Below are positions 23,973 through 28,222 of a stretch of DNA of 28,222 nucleotides, in pieces. The notes beneath the pieces were generated by a model. That model was not told where the DNA came from. It was given only the letters and a program-made list of their open reading frames with translations, and searched no databases. How positions within the stretch are numbered: position 1 is the first letter of the stretch; every line of letters begins with the position of its first letter. A program made the translations under genes and the position numbers. Location: NCBI RefSeq assembly GCF_000181795.1, contig NW_003526944.1, positions 4,541,293-4,569,514 on the forward strand. The letters run 5' to 3'. The DNA is from Trichinella spiralis. Its lineage: Eukaryota.

Positions 23973-25616
23973 CTAATTGTAATTGGGATTGGAATTTTGG
24001 AAACAAGCTCTGTGACGTTCTGCTTCTGTATAGAAAGCTACAGGCTGGATCGCTTTTTCGAATTCTTCCAACGTACAGGCGAATGATTTGCATCCGGGAA
24101 GAGTCAACGGTACAGGGTCGACTTTGGTGTTGTTGCGAAAATAGATTTGCACATTATGATCTCCTTGATCCGTTTCGTACAATTCCACCATCACTGCCGA
24201 CGCTACTGGAGTCATCAAACCGTTGGCAATATTTAATCCATACAAAAATGAAAGCAGCGTACCATCGTGCTGAAATAGAAGATTTAAAAAAGGAAATTTT
24301 CATCATCATCACTAAACAACCGACACCACTTGGCAAAACTTACGGCTGAATAGATGAACATTTTCGTAGGTCGAAATAAACGACTTTGGATTTTTTGTTT
24401 CATATTTTTCATTATGGTTCCAATTAACAGTCCTCAAAGAGTAGTTGTACGTTGAATTTTTGAATATATTTAAATTTCACAAAATTACCTCCTTCGTATT
24501 TGGATTTTTCGACTGAATTGAATTCGAGCAATCGTCGTTGGAAACCAAGTTTGGACAGCAGATCAATTAATGGCACCTGTTCGTTGGTGCCAGGGTCTGG
24601 CCATGTTTGATTAGCCCAATCTGGCAGTCTATTGCCGGCGTCGACTATGCGTTTCAAACTGCCGACAATTTTGCCAACGGCATTCCATTTGATATTCTGC
24701 CAGCCGGTCTTATTTTCCAAAAATGCAAACAATTCTTTGTAATCATTTTCAACTTTTTCAATCAGTTCATTCGACTGATTGCGGAACACGGCGTGCAATG
24801 CTGGACAATTGAAACCTGTTCGAAGCAGCTTGAAAACAACAATAATAAATACAAATACATATTTCATATTGTTTCACAAGCATTCAATATTTCCATTACG
24901 TATTCTTGATTAGTTGGCAGTGTGTGCACTGGGACAGGTTGCCATCGAATATTTTCGTTCCAAATTTGACTTTCATCCGGCGGAAACATGCCCGCCAGGT
25001 TGCATTCGGCGCTCGATAACGTTCTGTCCGTATCTGTAGATCTCACGTACACCTTTTCGTGTTTCAAAAAACAAATAATCTATTTTTTTTCTAATCTCTC
25101 CTGAAATTTATGCAAAACTTTACTTCTGATGCGTTGTAATGGTCGGATAGGAAGTTTGCATATCTGCTGCGTAAGTATTGTCCAAGTTCATATTGCTGTT
25201 GGCAGCCAAGCTGAAAATTGAATCAGGTGCATTTTTTTGAATGTATTGTTGAAAAATGTAACAATAGAAGTGATTGTGTAAAATTATTGAAAGCAGTTTT
25301 CATTGTGTCTGATTTTGATTTTTCTTTTTTGAAATCTTACCTTTGTCAACTGCCGAAAACCATTCGGATATGCCCATTCCTGGTATTCATCTGTTGGAAA
25401 AGTTCCAAGTGGGGTTCTGTATCCGTGACGGTACATCTGTTCCAAATGAACAAAATATTCTTATTTTATTGGATATAAGTTTTCAAAATGCACAAAGAAT
25501 ATATGTTTTTGTTTTATTTTAAATTTACGTACAACATGGGCAAAAATAAGTTTGTCGGTCGATGTGATTTGAAAGAATGATAAAAATAATATCCATTGCA
25601 GAGGTAATAATTGCAT
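23973..25616 (-). CDS. Secreted histidine acid phosphatase (branch 2; lysosomal/prostatic ACP2/ACPP-like), catalytically intact; about 381 aa, 7 exons
   Basis: Exons: 25616-25533, 25436-25341, 25210-25124, 25052-24900, 24828-24489, 24432-24344, 24269-23973 (1146 nt, in frame). Signal peptide [19 protein letters not shown]; RHGxRxP motif (MYRHGYRTP); [51 protein letters not shown] catalytic HD. No C-terminal TM segment. Confidence 0.95.
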
Positions 25617-26193
25617 TGGGACTACGAACGTCGAGCGTGATGCAAGTGAACAAACGGTATCGCTTTGAAATAATTTTCAAATTATGGAAATAAGAGTTAT
25701 TATATATTTTATTTCAATTAATGAATGATTTCAACCACGACAATATTTCTGGAACAGGTTGTGATTGTGATGGAAAATTTGTCGAAATCAAAACCATTGC
25801 TATTGTCATTGAGCTAAACAGGAATTAGTAATTCGTTTTCCATTTTGCTTATTTATCTGTACATTGTAATATTTGTCAACAATTGTTACAACTAATTAAT
25901 TTGCTACAACTTCTGATTGATTATCATAATTTCATGCTCATACAAATTACAGGTGTTTTTTCAGTTATGTTCAATAATTTAGTTATGCAAGAAACGTGAA
26001 TCACATTGAAATGTACATTTTATAATTGAAAAGATGTACAAATGACAGACAATGTGAACTATTTTATTTAGTCTTCTTCCTTTCTTTTTTTTAACATTAG
26101 CATTGGAACAAAAAAGCAGTATTATTTAAGAGCTGACAGAGTTTTTGAAATTTGTGAAAATTCCATTCAAAATTAATGCCTTTTCATCATTGC

Positions 26194-27761
26194 TCAGATT
26201 GCATCTGCTGCCAAACAAACGTGGTGTCTTTTTTTCAGCGGGTAAAGAGTGGCATTTTTGAATATTTCCACAAATTCCTCAAAGCTGTAGGTGAAATTTG
26301 CGCACTTTCTCGAGTGCACCATTCCCAATCTTTCAAAATTTTCATTCTGTACCAACATTTCAACAGTCAATGCCCGCTCCATTTTCATTTGGAAAACCAT
26401 AGCCGATCCATCTTTGACAATGTAACAATCAGCTAAGCGTATTGCATGCATCAAGCTGATCAATGTCTGCTTATTCTGAAAAAATAAAAATTATCGTTTT
26501 TTTATCATGGAACTTTCATAATTTAAAATACAATATATATATATACGAACCACAGAATAAATATAAACTGACGGTTCACTGGCGTCATGTATGTGTAATG
26601 ACTTTTGCTTTACATTTTCCATAATTTTACCCAGCAAATAGCCTGAGAAATGAATAGAGAGAAATATTACTACAATTTTATTCTTTGTTATTGTTGTTGT
26701 TACCTGATTTCAATTTTGCTTTTTTGAAAGAACCGAACTTCAAATTGAAGTTAATTTTTTCCAAATCTTCCAACATTTCCCGTATAGTCGCATTTCCACT
26801 TTTCCTGTTCATCCACTGATGTTCGAAATTAAGCAATTCTTCTTGTTTGTAAATATTCAAAAACTTTACTGCCTTTTTTATGTTCATATTTTTTATTCCT
26901 GTCAACTTTCTTAATTCAGCGTAAAAATTCTTGTACCTTTCGTTCACAGCTTGAACGGCTCTTTTGCTTTCAGCGTCGAATACTTTTTTATAATTTGGAC
27001 AATTGGCATCTGCATTTAACAGCTGAAATTGCATTATTATCCACATATATATATATATATATTCTTGTCCTTTAATTTCTTTCATCACTCACTCACAAAA
27101 TCACGTTCCAATGAAACTGAATATACGGGAATTGGATACCAAACTGCTGGATTCTTTGCTGGAAAAATTCCTTGCAAGAGACAAGTTGCACTGGTTAGTG
27201 CGGCATCGGTTGCTAAAGATCGAACGCTGATCTAAAATTTAAATGTAATCAGTTTTTCGATTTATTAAAAAAGAATATTTAATGTCCAACCTCAGACGAT
27301 CGATACTGATTGTCTATTAATCTCGGATAAGCGGTTTTCAACTGCTTGCCGTAGTTGAATGCACTTGCACAAGCACTCTGCAAGTGAATGGTGTAAAAAA
27401 TTAATTATTTATTCATGTCTCAGTGAAAGATTTAGGCAAATTAATTAAAATTACCATTGTCAGCTGACCGTAACCTAGAGGTATGTGTCCGGGCGAGAGT
27501 TGGCTTGTTGGATAATTTGCTATTGGTGTTGTACGGCCATGGCTTTTCAGCTAAAAGAAAAAAAAGCAAAAGCAATATTTTTTTCATTAGTATTGTGCAT
27601 TTTCAGTTGCGCAAAGAAGCCAGTGTCCAAATGGTATTCTAGCTCTGTTTTGTTTGTTTGTTTACTTAATTCTTATTTACCACTTGAAGTAGGATGGTTT
27701 CGGCACAGCAAAATCGAATCCAAATCAAAACCAATGGCAGACTTTTTGCAAAATTTCCCAT
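26194..27761 (-). CDS. Secreted histidine acid phosphatase-like paralog, predicted catalytically dead (pseudophosphatase); about 363 aa, 7 exons
   Basis: Exons: 27761 (alternative in-frame ATG at 27773)-27681, 27550-27455, 27377-27291, 27231-27097, 27022-26704, 26642-26551, 26475-26194 (1092 nt, no stops or frameshifts). Intron positions and phases match the neighbouring gene, and exons 2 and 3 have the same lengths (96 and 87 nt). Fold motifs are retained (GYGQLT, ISVRS, GIFP, WYPIPVYS, NCP, YIYS). The active-site motifs read SHGRTTP, SLATDAA and YSV|NK. Confidence 0.88.
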
Positions 27762-28222
27762 CGTCGACACCATTTGCAGTGAAAGCTGAAATTTTAATAA
27801 AATGAGCAACGAGAAACGAAGTTGAGTTTCAAAATTGAGTCGACAATTGCGAAACAAATGGTTGGCGTGAAATTATCAAAAGACAATTTTAATCTATTGC
27901 ACTTGCGTGCAGATTCTTCTCTTTCTTTCTGAGAAATTGTTTTCAACGGACGTTATTAAGCACATTAAAATATGTTTTTAGTTTTTTTATAAATTGAAAT
28001 GCTTCAATTCTGATAATTTTTCAATCACTTGTAACAGTTGTTTGGAATGTTTCATTTTGAAATGTGAAATTTTGAATTGTTGTATCGTGTTGCGCATTTG
28101 AAAAGTAAAAATAACATCTTTTCATTTAGGTCCATTTTTCATTTTGATTGGTTTCAAAACAACCATGATAATCAAGTACAACAACAAGTGCAACGTCATT
28201 ATTGGTAAGATAACTTGATTTT

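Noticed and set aside
26194..27761. Calling the divergent phosphatase a pseudogene
   Set aside because: All seven exons are open and in phase with intact splice sites and a signal peptide, so it was called a CDS (pseudoenzyme).
1..28222. CRISPR arrays, rRNA, tRNA, spliced-leader RNA genes, transposase or reverse transcriptase ORFs
   Set aside because: None was recognised by eye. Divergent SL RNAs or snoRNAs could be missed without a covariance-model search.

Overview
AT-rich eukaryotic genomic DNA with many short GT-AG introns (mostly 50-90 nt). This pattern suggests a nematode, probably clade I and Trichinella-like (inference from composition and gene content only). I assembled five intron-containing genes by hand with consistent reading phase. 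(1) The 5'-truncated SRP72 gene, + strand, 1-2750. (2) A convergent GFRalpha-like (Gfrl-type) GPI-anchored receptor of about 910 aa with four 10-Cys GDNF/GAS1 domains, - strand, 2896-7402. (3) After about 9 kb with no recognisable gene, an SLC2A13/HMIT-like myo-inositol transporter whose proton-coupling TM1 Asp is replaced by His, - strand, 16370-20407. (4, 5) A tandem pair of secreted histidine acid phosphatase genes with identical intron positions and phases. One is catalytically intact (23973-25616); the other has an intact ORF but has lost most active-site residues (26194-27761). Most entries in the ORF track are exon fragments, antisense shadows or chance ORFs. No tRNA, rRNA, CRISPR array or recognisable transposase was found.
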